Source: an uncultured Gemmatimonadales bacterium (GTDB lineage Bacteria > Gemmatimonadota > Gemmatimonadetes > Longimicrobiales > Longimicrobiaceae). From it: a stretch of 64,000 nt of DNA. The stretch lies in the NCBI GenBank assembly GCA_963716255.1, contig OY970303.1:3264001-3328000 (forward strand). The letters are read 5' to 3'. A model generated the notes under the pieces. It did no database searches and had not been told where the DNA came from. It saw only the letters and a list, made by a program, of their open reading frames with translations. Every line of letters begins with the position of its first letter. Position 1 is the stretch's first letter. Both the position numbers and the translations under genes were made by a program. Below are positions 1 to 9,487 of the stretch, piece after piece.

Positions 1-133
1 GCGTGCCCCCGGCGGGGCGCCGGGGTCGGGCTTCGGCTCCGTAGCAGACGAAACAACCGTCTGCAACGGAGTCTAGACCCGGCGGAAACTGCCCCGCCGG
101 GTCTCGCCCCTTCGGGCCGAAATCCCTCACGCG
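1..133 (+). repeat. Structured repeat family A copy (clipped at window start, several indels versus other copies)
   Basis: GCGTGCCCCCGG...CTTCGGCTCCGTA-GCAGACG-AAACAAC-CGTCTGC-AACGGAG...CCCCTTCGGGCCGAAATCCCTCACGCG matches 9 other copies. For family A, strand is the GGGCGTG-first orientation. Confidence 0.9.
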
Positions 134-193
134 GCTCCGGCGCGGCGGCGGGATGCGGCCGGAAGGACGAAGCGCCGGTGTCTGCGTGCCGCG

Positions 194-565
194 TCAGGCG
201 GCCCTGCGCGGCCGGCGGAAGCCGCTGCGGACGAACTCGCGCTCCTTTTCGCGGACCACCTGCTCCAGCTTGCCCAGGAAGGTGGGCGCGCCCGCGCGGC
301 TGGTGCCGAAGAGGCCGTCCGCGTCGTTCTCCGCACCCTCGGAGGCGCCGTACAGGTTGAGCCACAGGTCCACCCGCTCGCTGAACCGCAGCACCGAGTA
401 GAAGAGCCGGCCGCGCGTGATGGGCATGAAGATCACGTCGATCACCGCCGCGACGATGGAGGCCTGAAACAGGGCGATGCCCTTGAGGGAGTCCAGGACC
501 AGCTTGATCTGGAAGAGGAGCAGGTCGCGGATCAGGACTCCCCGGGTCATCTCATGGCCGCTCAT
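194..565 (-). CDS. Hypothetical membrane-associated protein (123 aa)
   Basis: ORF with protein-like composition and a hydrophobic segment; GGAGAG upstream. Confidence 0.75.
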   Translation of the reverse strand: MSGHEMTRGVLIRDLLLFQIKLVLDSLKGIALFQASIVAAVIDVIFMPITRGRLFYSVLRFSERVDLWLNLYGASEGAENDADGLFGTSRAGAPTFLGKLEQVVREKEREFVRSGFRRPRRAA

Positions 566-696
566 GTCGCTCGCTCTCCCGCAGTCCGGTATGGGTGGTG
601 CATCCCGGGGCGTCCGCCGCCGGCATGGGGCATCGTACGGGGGCCGCGCGGAGGAAGTTTCAGCGGGCGTCCACGAGCTGCTGCGAGGAGGGGGCG

Positions 697-1143
697 ATGG
701 AATGGGTGCTGCTGCTGAACCTGGCGTCCACGGGCGTGATGATCGGGGTGACCTGGTTCGTGCAGGTGGTTCACTACCCGCTCTTCGGGCGGGTGGGGCG
801 CGACGGGTGGACCGTTTACGCCGCGGCGCACGGGCGGCGCACCACGTGGGTGGTGGGGCCGCCCATGCTGGTGGAGCTCGCCACGGGCGCCCTGCTCGTG
901 CTCCGCCCGCCCCCGGGGATCCCCCCGGCCGCGGCGTGGGCGGGGCTCGCGCTCATCGCGGTGGCGTGGGCCTCCACCGCCCTGCTGCAGGTGCCGCGGC
1001 ACCGCGTGCTGGGGGCCGGCTGGGACGCGGCCGCGCACCGCTCGCTGGTGGCCGGCAACTGGCTGCGCACGGCAGCGTGGACGCTGCGCGGGGTGCTACT
1101 CCTGTGGATGCTGGCGCGCCTCCTCCCACCGCCCGCGGGCTGA
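697..1143 (+). CDS. Hypothetical 4-TM membrane protein
   Basis: ATG after GAGGAGG; MEWVLLLNLASTGVMIGVTWFVQVVHYPLF; four hydrophobic helices. Confidence 0.8.
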   Translation: MEWVLLLNLASTGVMIGVTWFVQVVHYPLFGRVGRDGWTVYAAAHGRRTTWVVGPPMLVELATGALLVLRPPPGIPPAAAWAGLALIAVAWASTALLQVPRHRVLGAGWDAAAHRSLVAGNWLRTAAWTLRGVLLLWMLARLLPPPAG

Positions 1144-1995
1144 CTACCGCGCGACCCCCGCGGCGACGATCACCCCGGCGGACGGGCTGAAGTCGGCGTA
1201 TCCCCGCACCAGTTCCACCCGCACCCATCGCCGCCCGCCCGCGCGAAGGCCCAGCCGCACCTCGCCCAGGTCCTCGTTTCCGCGGGGGGTGCGATCCGGC
1301 AGGCCGGGCACGTTCCCCACCAGGGAGAGCGTGGGCACGAGCCCCGGCGAGACGGCGTACTCCGCCGCCAGCGCGTAGACCAGCACGTCCCGCTGCTCCC
1401 ACCCCGGGTCGCGCGTGCCGTTGATGCTGATCCCCGCCTCGGCGCCCGCCGCGAGCGCGCCGCGCCGCACCCGCCCGCCCAGCAGCGCGAAGAAGTCCAG
1501 TGCGTCGCGGTCCAGCCCCACCTTGTTGTCCGTGGTGGGGAGCCGCGTCCCGAAGCGCAGCACGGCGAGCGCCGGGGCCGTCTCCGGCGTCAGCCGCACC
1601 ACGGTGCCGATGCGGTAGTCCCCCGAGTCGTGCCGCCGCCCGTCGTCGTCCGCGCGCGCGTCGCCCACCGGCGCCGCGAAGACCCGCTCGTCCCGGAAGA
1701 AGCGCTGCGCCGTCCCCCCCGCCTCGAACGCCACCCGCCCCGTCCGCAGCGCCACCGCGAAGCTCCCCCCCTCCACCAGCCGCCCCTCGGTCCCCGCCAG
1801 CGAGGCGCGCTGGTCCGCGAAGACGCCCCCGCCCACCCCCGCCACCACGGTTCGCCCCCCCTCCCACACCCGCCATTCCGCGGGATCGAGCGGGCGCAGC
1901 TGCGCCCGGGCGCCGGGCGCCGCGAGCACGGCGAGCGCCCCCACCAGGCCGAGGACACGGACGCTCCGCGCGAGCGGCGAGAAAAGAACGGACAT
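1144..1995 (-). CDS. Exported protein, probable outer-membrane beta-barrel
   Basis: Signal peptide ending ARA-Q; alternating amphipathic strands. Confidence 0.65.
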   Translation of the reverse strand: MSVLFSPLARSVRVLGLVGALAVLAAPGARAQLRPLDPAEWRVWEGGRTVVAGVGGGVFADQRASLAGTEGRLVEGGSFAVALRTGRVAFEAGGTAQRFFRDERVFAAPVGDARADDDGRRHDSGDYRIGTVVRLTPETAPALAVLRFGTRLPTTDNKVGLDRDALDFFALLGGRVRRGALAAGAEAGISINGTRDPGWEQRDVLVYALAAEYAVSPGLVPTLSLVGNVPGLPDRTPRGNEDLGEVRLGLRAGGRRWVRVELVRGYADFSPSAGVIVAAGVAR

Positions 1996-2060
1996 GTGCG
2001 GCGTGGGTGAGGTGAGGTGGAAGCGTGAACAGGCGATGGTCTGCGTCCGCGGGGCGCCCC

Positions 2061-2109
2061 CACCCGGCTCGCTTGAGGCTCGCCACCCTCCCCCAATTCT
2101 GGGGGAGGG
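2061..2109. repeat. REP-like double-hairpin repeat family C
   Basis: CACCCGGCTCGCTTGAGGCTCGCCACCCTCCCCCAATTCTGGGGGAGGG; related copies at 38345, 42929, 45281, 56317. Confidence 0.85.
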
Positions 2110-2176
2110 CTGTCTGAGCCCCGGCCTCCCGTGCGCAACGCCGGGGGGGGCGGCCAGCGGACGCCAGCGCGAACCC

Positions 2177-2306
2177 CGCGTGAGGGATTCCGGCCCGAAG
2201 GGGCGAGACCCGCGGGCTGTTTCGCGGGGCTCGACTCCGTTGGGCTGCGTTGTTTGCAGCCCTACGGAGCCGAAGCCCGACCCCGGCGCCAGCCGGGGGC
2301 ACGCCC
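2177..2306 (-). repeat. Structured repeat family A copy
   Basis: 130 bp; variable stem GGGCTGC/GCAGCCC; 17 nt after the amidohydrolase stop. Confidence 0.95.
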
Positions 2307-2323
2307 GAGCCCGCCGTCGCCGT

Positions 2324-3316
2324 TCAAGGCCGTTGCCGTTCCGTCAACGGAAGCACCCACGAAGCACGCACCAGCGTCTCGTCCGGGTACCCGAGCGCCC
2401 GCTTCAGCGCCACGTCCCGCTGGAACGGATTCCGCTCCGCCTGGAGCGACCGCACCCGCCCCAGCCCCAGCTCCCGCACGTAGTACGCGGCCAGCGACGG
2501 GACCGGGTAGTCGCTCCCGTACAGCGTGCGCTCCGTGAACTCCGCGTCCCGGGCCAGGCGGGGAAGATGCGCGAACCGGCTGGGGTTGGAGATGCCGGAA
2601 TTGTCCACCCACAGCCGCGGGAACTCGCGCAGCAGCCCGCGCAGCAGGGGGAGCTGGTCCGGGTCGCGCGACAGGTGCACCGGCACCCCGTTGTGCGCGA
2701 CGATCACCGGCACCCCCATCTCCAGCGGCAGCCGCAGCCGCCGCAGGTCCGTGTACTCCGGCGCCACCTCCGCGAAGGTGCGCTCGCTCCCGCCGGAGTG
2801 GCAGAGCAGCGGCAGCCCCGCGTCCGCCATGCGCCGGTAGAACGGCGCGTGGCGCGGGTCCGCCGGGTCGATCCCCATGGCCGAGGGGAGCCACTTGAGG
2901 AGCACGGCCCCGCCCTCGATGCACTCCTCCAGGCGCTCCAGCGCGTCGCGCCGGCCGGGGTTCACCGAGGGGCCGGGGAGCAGCTCCGGGTGGCGCCGCG
3001 CCGCCTCCAGCGCCCACGACGGAGGCACCACCATCTGCGAGCGTTCCCGGTCCAGCTCGCCGTCCGCGCCGTACACTCCGTCGAACCCAAGCGCCACCGC
3101 GCGGTCCAGCTCGCTCCCGCGCACCCGCTCGGCGATGGACGCCGCCCACTCCTGGTCCACCGACTCGCGCATCTGCGCGTCGGTGATCCCGTACCAGCGG
3201 CGCAGGACGCGGAAGGTGTAGCGCGCGGCGAAGCGCGGGGAAAGCCAGCAGCCGGAGCCGCCCGTCCCCACCCCGGCCAGGTGCACGTGCACGTCGATCT
3301 TCAGCGGGGTGCTCAC
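2324..3316 (-). CDS. Amidohydrolase family (amidohydro_2-like) metallohydrolase
   Basis: IDVHVH, LCHSG, VAHNG, LYGSDYP motifs; GTG start overlaps upstream TGA. Confidence 0.88.
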   Translation of the reverse strand: MSTPLKIDVHVHLAGVGTGGSGCWLSPRFAARYTFRVLRRWYGITDAQMRESVDQEWAASIAERVRGSELDRAVALGFDGVYGADGELDRERSQMVVPPSWALEAARRHPELLPGPSVNPGRRDALERLEECIEGGAVLLKWLPSAMGIDPADPRHAPFYRRMADAGLPLLCHSGGSERTFAEVAPEYTDLRRLRLPLEMGVPVIVAHNGVPVHLSRDPDQLPLLRGLLREFPRLWVDNSGISNPSRFAHLPRLARDAEFTERTLYGSDYPVPSLAAYYVRELGLGRVRSLQAERNPFQRDVALKRALGYPDETLVRASWVLPLTERQRP

Positions 3317-4203
3317 GCCGCCGGCACCCCCGCGCGGGCGGCGAGCCACGCCGCCGCCCGCTCCGTCGCCACCGCGGACGACGCGGTGGCAAAGTGCGTC
3401 GCCCCCGGCACCCGAACCAGCTCCGCGCGGGGGAGCAGCCGCGCCAGCTCGGCGCCGTGCGCCGCCGGGGCGATGCCGTCGCGCTCGCCGTACACCAGCA
3501 GCACGGGCACGCCCACCCGCCCCGCGCCGTGACGCAGGTCAGTTGCGCGCAGCAGGGCGTCGAAGACCGCCACGTAGTCGAAGTTGCCGGTGCGCGCGTC
3601 GCCGCGGAACGGGTAGGCGCCGCGCTTCACCGGCCCGAACGCAGGCACGGTCCCGCCCAGCCCGTAGAAGGCGCGCTGCCGCAGCGTCGCCGGGCGGAAG
3701 AAGCTGCCCAGCTCCGCCAGCGCCGTGCGCGCGGTGACGCGCACCTCCATCGGCGTCGCCACCACCACCGCGGACTCCGCCGCCACCTCGCCGCGCGCCA
3801 GGGCGTCCAGCACCAGCGCCCCGCCCAGGCTGTGCCCCAGCAGGTGCAGGGGGAGCGGCGGCCGCTCCCGCTCCGCCTCCCGCGCGGCCGCGGCCACGGC
3901 GCCGCGGATCCCCTCCGCCGAGAAGCGCGTGGTGCTTTCCCAGCCGTTGCCGTCCAGGTCGAAGGCGAACACCTCGAAGCCCCGCTCCAGCAGCGCCGCG
4001 TACAGCGCCACCAGCGGGAAGAGCGCGTCGTCGCAGGCGCCGTGCGCCGCCACCACCCGCCCCCGGGGCCCGCCCCGCGGCGACAGGCGGAACCCCGCGG
4101 TCTCGCCGCCCGCCTCCGGCCTGGGGTAGCGCACGCGCTCCCAGCCGTGGCCGGAGGCGCGCAGCCAGCGCTCCGCCCCCCGGTGGTGCGCCGGCGGCCT
4201 CAT
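3313..4203 (-). CDS. Alpha/beta-fold hydrolase (lysophospholipase-like)
   Basis: AHG, FDLDGNG, GHSLGG nucleophile elbow, GERD, ATH; ATGA overlap with upstream gene. Confidence 0.88.
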   Translation of the reverse strand: MRPPAHHRGAERWLRASGHGWERVRYPRPEAGGETAGFRLSPRGGPRGRVVAAHGACDDALFPLVALYAALLERGFEVFAFDLDGNGWESTTRFSAEGIRGAVAAAAREAERERPPLPLHLLGHSLGGALVLDALARGEVAAESAVVVATPMEVRVTARTALAELGSFFRPATLRQRAFYGLGGTVPAFGPVKRGAYPFRGDARTGNFDYVAVFDALLRATDLRHGAGRVGVPVLLVYGERDGIAPAAHGAELARLLPRAELVRVPGATHFATASSAVATERAAAWLAARAGVPAA

Positions 4204-5633
4204 CCCCGCGCCGGCGGGACCGCGGCCCGGGCCTGCTCCGAGTCGCCCTCCATCCACCCGCCGCCCCCCGGCGCCGGCGAGGCCACCGCCCGGTCCGCCT
4301 CCGTCTCGCTCCCGCCCTCCGGCGGCGTTTCCAGCCCCAGGCGGCGCAGCACGTTGTCGGGGCGCACCTCGCCGGTGATCAGGCGGGCGCCGCGCTGCCA
4401 GGTCAGGTAGCTCCACGCCCACTCCATGAACACCGCCACCCGGTTGCGGAAGCCGATTAAAAAGAGCACGTGCACGAACAGCCACGCCAGCCAGGCCACG
4501 AAGCCGGTGAGCCGCACCCGGCCGATCTGCGCGATCGCCTTGGCGCGGCCGATGGTGGCCATGCTCCCCTTGTCGCGGTAGTGGAACGCCTCCCGGGGCT
4601 CGCGGCGCAGCGTGCGCCCGATGTTGCGGGCCGCCGCCCGGCCGCCCTGCAGCGCCACCTGCGCCACCCCCGGGAGCGGCTGCCCCGTCTGGTGGGTGAT
4701 GGACGCCAGGTCGCCGATCACGAACACCTCCGGGTGCCCGGGGATGGACAGGTCCGGCAGCACCTGCACCCGTCCCATCCGGTCCGTGGGCACGCCCAGC
4801 CCCTTCCCCAGCGGCGACGCCGCCACCCCCGCCGCCCACACCACCGGGTAGGTGGGGATGCGCTCCTCGCCCACGTACACCGCCCCCAGCTCGATGCGCG
4901 TGACGATGGAATTCAGCCGCACCTCCACCCCCAGCGCCTCCAGCTGCTCCAGCGCGCTCCGCGACAGGTCCTCGTCGTACCCCGCCAGCAGGCGCGCGCC
5001 GCCCTCGATGAGGATGATGCGGGCCGCCCGCGGGTCGAAGTGGCGGAACTCGCGGCTCAGCGTGTGGTGGGCGATCTCCGCGAAGGCCCCGGCCATCTCC
5101 ACCCCCGTGGGCCCCCCGCCGATCACCACGAAGGTGAGCAGCGCCCGCCGCAGCTCCGGGTCCGTCACCTGCTCCGCGTGCTCGAAGGCCAGCAGGAAGC
5201 GCCGCCGGATCTCCGTGGCGTCGTCGATGGTCTTCATCCCCGGCGCGATCGCCGCCCACCCCTCGTGCCCGAAGTACTGGTCCACCGCGCCGGCCGCCAG
5301 GACCAGGAAGTCGTAGCGAAGCGTGCGGCCGTCGGCCAGCGTCAGCACGCGGCGCTCCGTGTCCACGCCCGTCACCTCCGCCAGCATCACCTCCGTGTTG
5401 GGCTGCCGGCGCACCACCTGGCGGATGGGGCGGGCGATGTCCGCCGGGGACAGGGTGGCGGTGGCCACCTGGTACAGCAGCGGCTGGAAGAGGTGGTAGT
5501 TGTGCCGGTCCACGATCGTCACCCGCACGGGGGCGTGCTTCAGGGCCCGCGCCGCGTACAGCCCGCCGAATCCGCCGCCCACGATCACCACGCGGGGGAG
5601 GTAGGGTTCCTGGTAGCCGCTGCCGCTGCTCAT
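4200..5633 (-). CDS. ndh: Type II NADH dehydrogenase-like NAD(P)/FAD oxidoreductase
   Basis: VVIVGGGFGG, HLFQPLLYQVAT, GGGPTGVEMAG, VFVIGD, YRDKGSMATIGR. Confidence 0.92.
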   Translation of the reverse strand: MSSGSGYQEPYLPRVVIVGGGFGGLYAARALKHAPVRVTIVDRHNYHLFQPLLYQVATATLSPADIARPIRQVVRRQPNTEVMLAEVTGVDTERRVLTLADGRTLRYDFLVLAAGAVDQYFGHEGWAAIAPGMKTIDDATEIRRRFLLAFEHAEQVTDPELRRALLTFVVIGGGPTGVEMAGAFAEIAHHTLSREFRHFDPRAARIILIEGGARLLAGYDEDLSRSALEQLEALGVEVRLNSIVTRIELGAVYVGEERIPTYPVVWAAGVAASPLGKGLGVPTDRMGRVQVLPDLSIPGHPEVFVIGDLASITHQTGQPLPGVAQVALQGGRAAARNIGRTLRREPREAFHYRDKGSMATIGRAKAIAQIGRVRLTGFVAWLAWLFVHVLFLIGFRNRVAVFMEWAWSYLTWQRGARLITGEVRPDNVLRRLGLETPPEGGSETEADRAVASPAPGGGGWMEGDSEQARAAVPPARG

Positions 5634-5748
5634 GGGGGACCGTGCCGTCGTGCGGGTTGATGCTCCTTCTATCCCGTCTCCCGGGGAATCTACGCGGAGC
5701 GGCGGGTGGTGCAAACGCGGCGTCTTGTCGCGGCCGGGTTCGTGGTGG

Positions 5749-5904
5749 GGGGCCGCTCCGGAGCCGGACGATACGGCCGTCCGTCTCCTGCGCGGGCGCA
5801 GGGAACCCCGGGAAACTGCCCCCGGGTTTCCCTGCGCCGGAGTGAGCCTCGCCAAACCGCCGGCGAGTCTCCCTCCGAACGGACGCATGTGGGTACTGCG
5901 GAAC
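5749..5904 (+). repeat. Structured repeat family B copy
   Basis: GGGGCCGCTCCGGAGCCGGACGATACGGCCGTCCGTCTCC...GGGTACTGCGGAAC; three hairpin modules. Confidence 0.92.
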
Positions 5905-6020
5905 GGCACGACGAACCACGGGTCCACGATGTAGCTGGCTTTCGCTTTCGACGTCGCTATTTTCGGGGAGCACGCCACCCGCCCGGCTTCGCCGGGCCCC
6001 CTCACGGGAGAAGGCGCCCC

Positions 6021-7319
6021 ATGCACACCCGCCGCGACTTCCTCCGCAGCGTCGGCCGGCCGTCCGCCCTGGCGCTGGCCGCCACCCTGCACCCCGGCGC
6101 CCTCCGCGACGTGGCCGCCGCGGTCGCCCGCCACGCCGGCACCGCCGCAGAGACCGCCTCCGACGAGGACTTCTGGGCCATGGTGCAGCAGGCGTTCACG
6201 GTGGACCGGTCCATCCTGAACCTGAACAACGGCGGGGTGAGCCCCTCGCCCGCCATGGTCCAGGACGCCATGAAGCGCCACCTGGACTACTCCAACCAGG
6301 CGCCCGTGCAGACCATGTGGCGCGTGCTGGAGCCGCAGCGCGAAACGGTGCGCGCCGGCCTGGCCCGCATGTTCGCCTGCGACCCGGAGGAGGTGGCCGT
6401 CACCCGCAACGCCTCCGAGAGCCTCCAGATCTGCCAGGCCGGCTTCGACCTGCGCCGCGGCGACGAGGTCGTCACCAGCACGCAGGACTACCCGCGCATG
6501 GTCACCACCTGGCAGCAGCGGGAGCGCCGCGAGGGGATCCGCCTCCGCCAGGTGGCCCTCCCCGTCCCCGCCGAGGACCCCGCCGAGGTGGTGCGGCGCT
6601 TCGAGGCGGCCATCACGCCGCGCACCCGCCTGGTCCACCTCTGCCACATGGTCAATCTCACCGGCCAGGTGCTCCCCGTGCGCGAGGTGGTGCGCATGGC
6701 GCGGCGCCGGGGGATCCCGGCCATCGTGGACGGAGCGCACGCCTTCGGGCACTTCCCCTTCACCCGCGACGAGCTGGAGTGCGACTACTACGCCTCCTCG
6801 CTCCACAAGTGGCTCTTCGCGCCGCACGGGACGGGACTGCTCTACGTGCGCCGCGACCGGATCCCGGGGCTCTGGCCGCTGCAGGCCGCGCCCCCGGCCA
6901 TGGACGGCAACGTCCGCAAGTTCGAGGAGATCGGCACCCACCCGGCCGCCAACTTCCTGGCCGTGGCGGAGGCGGTGGCCTTCACCCGGGCCATCGGGCT
7001 GGAGCGCAAGGCGGCGCGCCTGGTGTACCTGCGCGACCGCTGGGCACGTGCGCTCCTGCGGCACGACCGCGTGCGGCTGCACACCAGCCTGAAGCCGGGG
7101 CTGGCGTACGGGCTGGCCACCTTCAGCGTCGAGGGGATGGACACCGGGGCGCTGGCCATGCACCTGTGGAACGCGCACCGGATCGTCACCAGCCCCATCT
7201 CTCACCCCGAGGTGCAGGGGCTGCGCGTCACGCCTGGCGTCTACACCACCCCGGACGAGGTGGACCGGTTCGTGGAGGCGGTGGAGCGGGTGATCCGCAA
7301 TGGGCTTCCGGCGGGCTGA
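6021..7319 (+). CDS. Class V PLP-dependent aminotransferase (isopenicillin-N epimerase-like) with twin-arginine signal
   Basis: MHTRRDFL; LNNGGVSP; VDGAH; SLHKW (PLP Lys). Confidence 0.9.
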   Translation: MHTRRDFLRSVGRPSALALAATLHPGALRDVAAAVARHAGTAAETASDEDFWAMVQQAFTVDRSILNLNNGGVSPSPAMVQDAMKRHLDYSNQAPVQTMWRVLEPQRETVRAGLARMFACDPEEVAVTRNASESLQICQAGFDLRRGDEVVTSTQDYPRMVTTWQQRERREGIRLRQVALPVPAEDPAEVVRRFEAAITPRTRLVHLCHMVNLTGQVLPVREVVRMARRRGIPAIVDGAHAFGHFPFTRDELECDYYASSLHKWLFAPHGTGLLYVRRDRIPGLWPLQAAPPAMDGNVRKFEEIGTHPAANFLAVAEAVAFTRAIGLERKAARLVYLRDRWARALLRHDRVRLHTSLKPGLAYGLATFSVEGMDTGALAMHLWNAHRIVTSPISHPEVQGLRVTPGVYTTPDEVDRFVEAVERVIRNGLPAG

Positions 7320-7333
7320 GACGTTGGGGCGAG

Positions 7334-7489
7334 GGGGCCGCTCCGGAGCCGGACGATACAGCCGTCCGTCTCCTGCGCGGGCTACGGGAACCCCGCCAAA
7401 CAGCCGGCGGGTTTCCCTCCGCCGGAGGGAGCCTCGCCAAACAGCCGGCGAGTCTCCCTCCGAACAGCGTCATGTGGGTACTGCGGAAC
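7334..7489 (+). repeat. Structured repeat family B copy
   Basis: Same framework as 5749 copy; starts 14 nt after stop codon. Confidence 0.92.
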
Positions 7490-7591
7490 TGCAACGTCAA
7501 AAGCCCCTCTCCCGCGTGTGGAGGAGTGGGTTGGGGGGGGGCCGCTCGGGCTCGCACCGATCTCCCTGAAACAGAAAGCCCTCCCCCAGAA

Positions 7592-7624
7592 TGGCGCTTC
7601 ACGCTTCGCGTGAACCGTATGAAG
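7592..7624. repeat. Short palindromic repeat family E
   Basis: TGGCGCTTCACGCTTCGCGTGAACCGTATGAAG; near reverse complement at 42812-42844. Confidence 0.75.
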
Positions 7625-7668
7625 GGGGAGGGTGGCGGCTCTCAGGCCGCCGGGTGGGGGCCGTTCCG

Positions 7669-8484
7669 CTACGAGTCGCCCGTGGCGCCGGCGGGGACGG
7701 AGGCCGGCAGGGGCAGGCGCGGCAGGCCGGCCACGGGAAAGCTCGCGCGGCCGCCGCGGCGCAGGTCGGCCTCGGCGCGGGCCAGGGCCTCGCCGTCCAG
7801 CGCGAACGGGTCCAGGCCGCCGGCGAGCAGCGCCGTGCGCACCTCGCCGCGCAGGTCCGCGCGGCGGGCGTACACGTCCGGGTGAATCGTCAGGTGTCCC
7901 TCGTGCACCTCGGCCCGCGCGTAGGTGATCTGCACCGCCACCCCGCGCGGGAGCGCCACCCACCGCGTGCGCCCGGGCTCCCCGGCGATCGCGTCCAGCC
8001 GCTCCGGCGTCACCCCCGGGCTGGCGTACGCGTGCAGCGCGCGGGCAAGCTCCATCACGTCGCGGTTGCTCATGCGGATGCAGCCGTGCGAGGCCGGCGT
8101 CCCCAGCAGCCGCTCGTTCTCCGCCACGGTGCCGTGGATGTAGTACAGGTCGCCCAGCGGCAGCTTGACGCGGCCCATGGGGTTGCGCGGCCCCGGCGCC
8201 GTGTGCTTCTTCTCGCGGGCCCACTCGCTGGGCGGCGGAGTCCAGTCCGGGTTCCAGATCGCGTGGCGGATCTCGTAGCTGCCGGCCGGGGTGCGGTGCG
8301 CCGGCGTCCCCACCGACACCGGGTAGCTGCGGACGCGGTCCGCGCCCCGGTACAGGTCCAGGCGGCCGGCGGGGATGTTGACGACCACGCGCACGGCGGA
8401 ATCCGCCACGGACTGCGCGGAAACGGGGATGGCGCCGAGCGCCAGGAGAAACAGGGTCGCGAGACTGCGGACCGGCGACGACAT
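7669..8484 (-). CDS. L,D-transpeptidase (YkuD family), exported
   Basis: Signal peptide; PGPRNPMG, YYIHGT, ASHGCIRM. Confidence 0.92.
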   Translation of the reverse strand: MSSPVRSLATLFLLALGAIPVSAQSVADSAVRVVVNIPAGRLDLYRGADRVRSYPVSVGTPAHRTPAGSYEIRHAIWNPDWTPPPSEWAREKKHTAPGPRNPMGRVKLPLGDLYYIHGTVAENERLLGTPASHGCIRMSNRDVMELARALHAYASPGVTPERLDAIAGEPGRTRWVALPRGVAVQITYARAEVHEGHLTIHPDVYARRADLRGEVRTALLAGGLDPFALDGEALARAEADLRRGGRASFPVAGLPRLPLPASVPAGATGDS

Positions 8485-8711
8485 CGTTGCCTCCAGGAGG
8501 GTGAGCGTGGGACGGATGCGTACCCGCGCCCCCTTACGGAAACACTCCCCCTTTCGTTTCGGCCCCCCTTCCCGTGCCGCCACGCCTTTCCCGCCCCGTC
8601 CCGCGCCGCTCGCCGGTATTCGCCCGAAAAGCAGAAGCGCCCGCCCCACCTGCGTGGGACGGGCGCTCCTCCATCACGACGCGAGCACTTTCGCGCTCGC
8701 GCATTCGCCGT

Positions 8712-9407
8712 TCAGACCGGCACCGGCAGCAGCGTCCGGAAAGCGTTGCGGGCGCGGTTCAGCCGGCTCTTCACCGTTCCCACGGGGATCCCGATGGCCT
8801 CGGCGATCTCCTCGTAGGTGCGGTCCTCCACCTCGCGCATCACGAAGGGGATGCGGTGGTGCTCGTCCATCCGCTCGATGGCCGTGTCGATCGCCTCGCG
8901 CAGCTCGCTGCGGTACGCCTCGCGCTCCGGGTCCGCGCCCGTGGCCGCGAACTCCACCGGGCGCGACGGGGCGCCCGAGGCCGAGGTGTCCGGGCGGATC
9001 TCCGAGAACGCCGTCTCGCGGCGGCGCGAGCGGTTGCGGAACTCGTTCTTGAGCAGGTTGTTCGCGATCGTGTGGATCCACGTCGAGAACTTGCGCCCCG
9101 GGTCGTAGCTGTCGCGCGCGCGGTGAATGCGCAGAAAGGTGTCCTGCGTCAGGTCCTGCACGCGCTCCTCGTCGTTCAGGCGCTTGCGCAGAAAGCCCTG
9201 GATACGCGGCTCGTACCGCTCCACCAGCACGCGGAAACCCTCCGCGTCGCCGTCGGTGTAGCGCTGGAAGAGCTGCTCGTCCGTCATATCGTCAAAGGAG
9301 ACTCGCACCGCGGCCACCGGTCGGACAGGACGCACCCCACGGCGGCCCTGGTAGTCCAGCGCGCGGTTGATCTCCTCGGCGGTCGGTAGATTGGTTGCCA
9401 TTTTCAT
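8712..9407 (-). CDS. ECF RNA polymerase sigma-70 factor (RpoE-like)
   Basis: DLTQDTFLRI, FSTWIHTIA, YEEIAEAIGIPVGTVKSRLNRAR; start may be 9401. Confidence 0.93.
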   Translation of the reverse strand: MKMATNLPTAEEINRALDYQGRRGVRPVRPVAAVRVSFDDMTDEQLFQRYTDGDAEGFRVLVERYEPRIQGFLRKRLNDEERVQDLTQDTFLRIHRARDSYDPGRKFSTWIHTIANNLLKNEFRNRSRRRETAFSEIRPDTSASGAPSRPVEFAATGADPEREAYRSELREAIDTAIERMDEHHRIPFVMREVEDRTYEEIAEAIGIPVGTVKSRLNRARNAFRTLLPVPV

Positions 9408-9487
9408 GGCTGAAATATAATGCGATCCGTCCCGATTGTCGAGGGTTTGCGAACGATTTTTCGAAGTGGTAAGTGCGGGGAGCACAA

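Noticed and set aside
2177..2306. Family A as tRNA, or as a hammerhead or other known ribozyme
   Set aside because: No T-loop, D-loop or CCA pattern and no recognisable catalytic core
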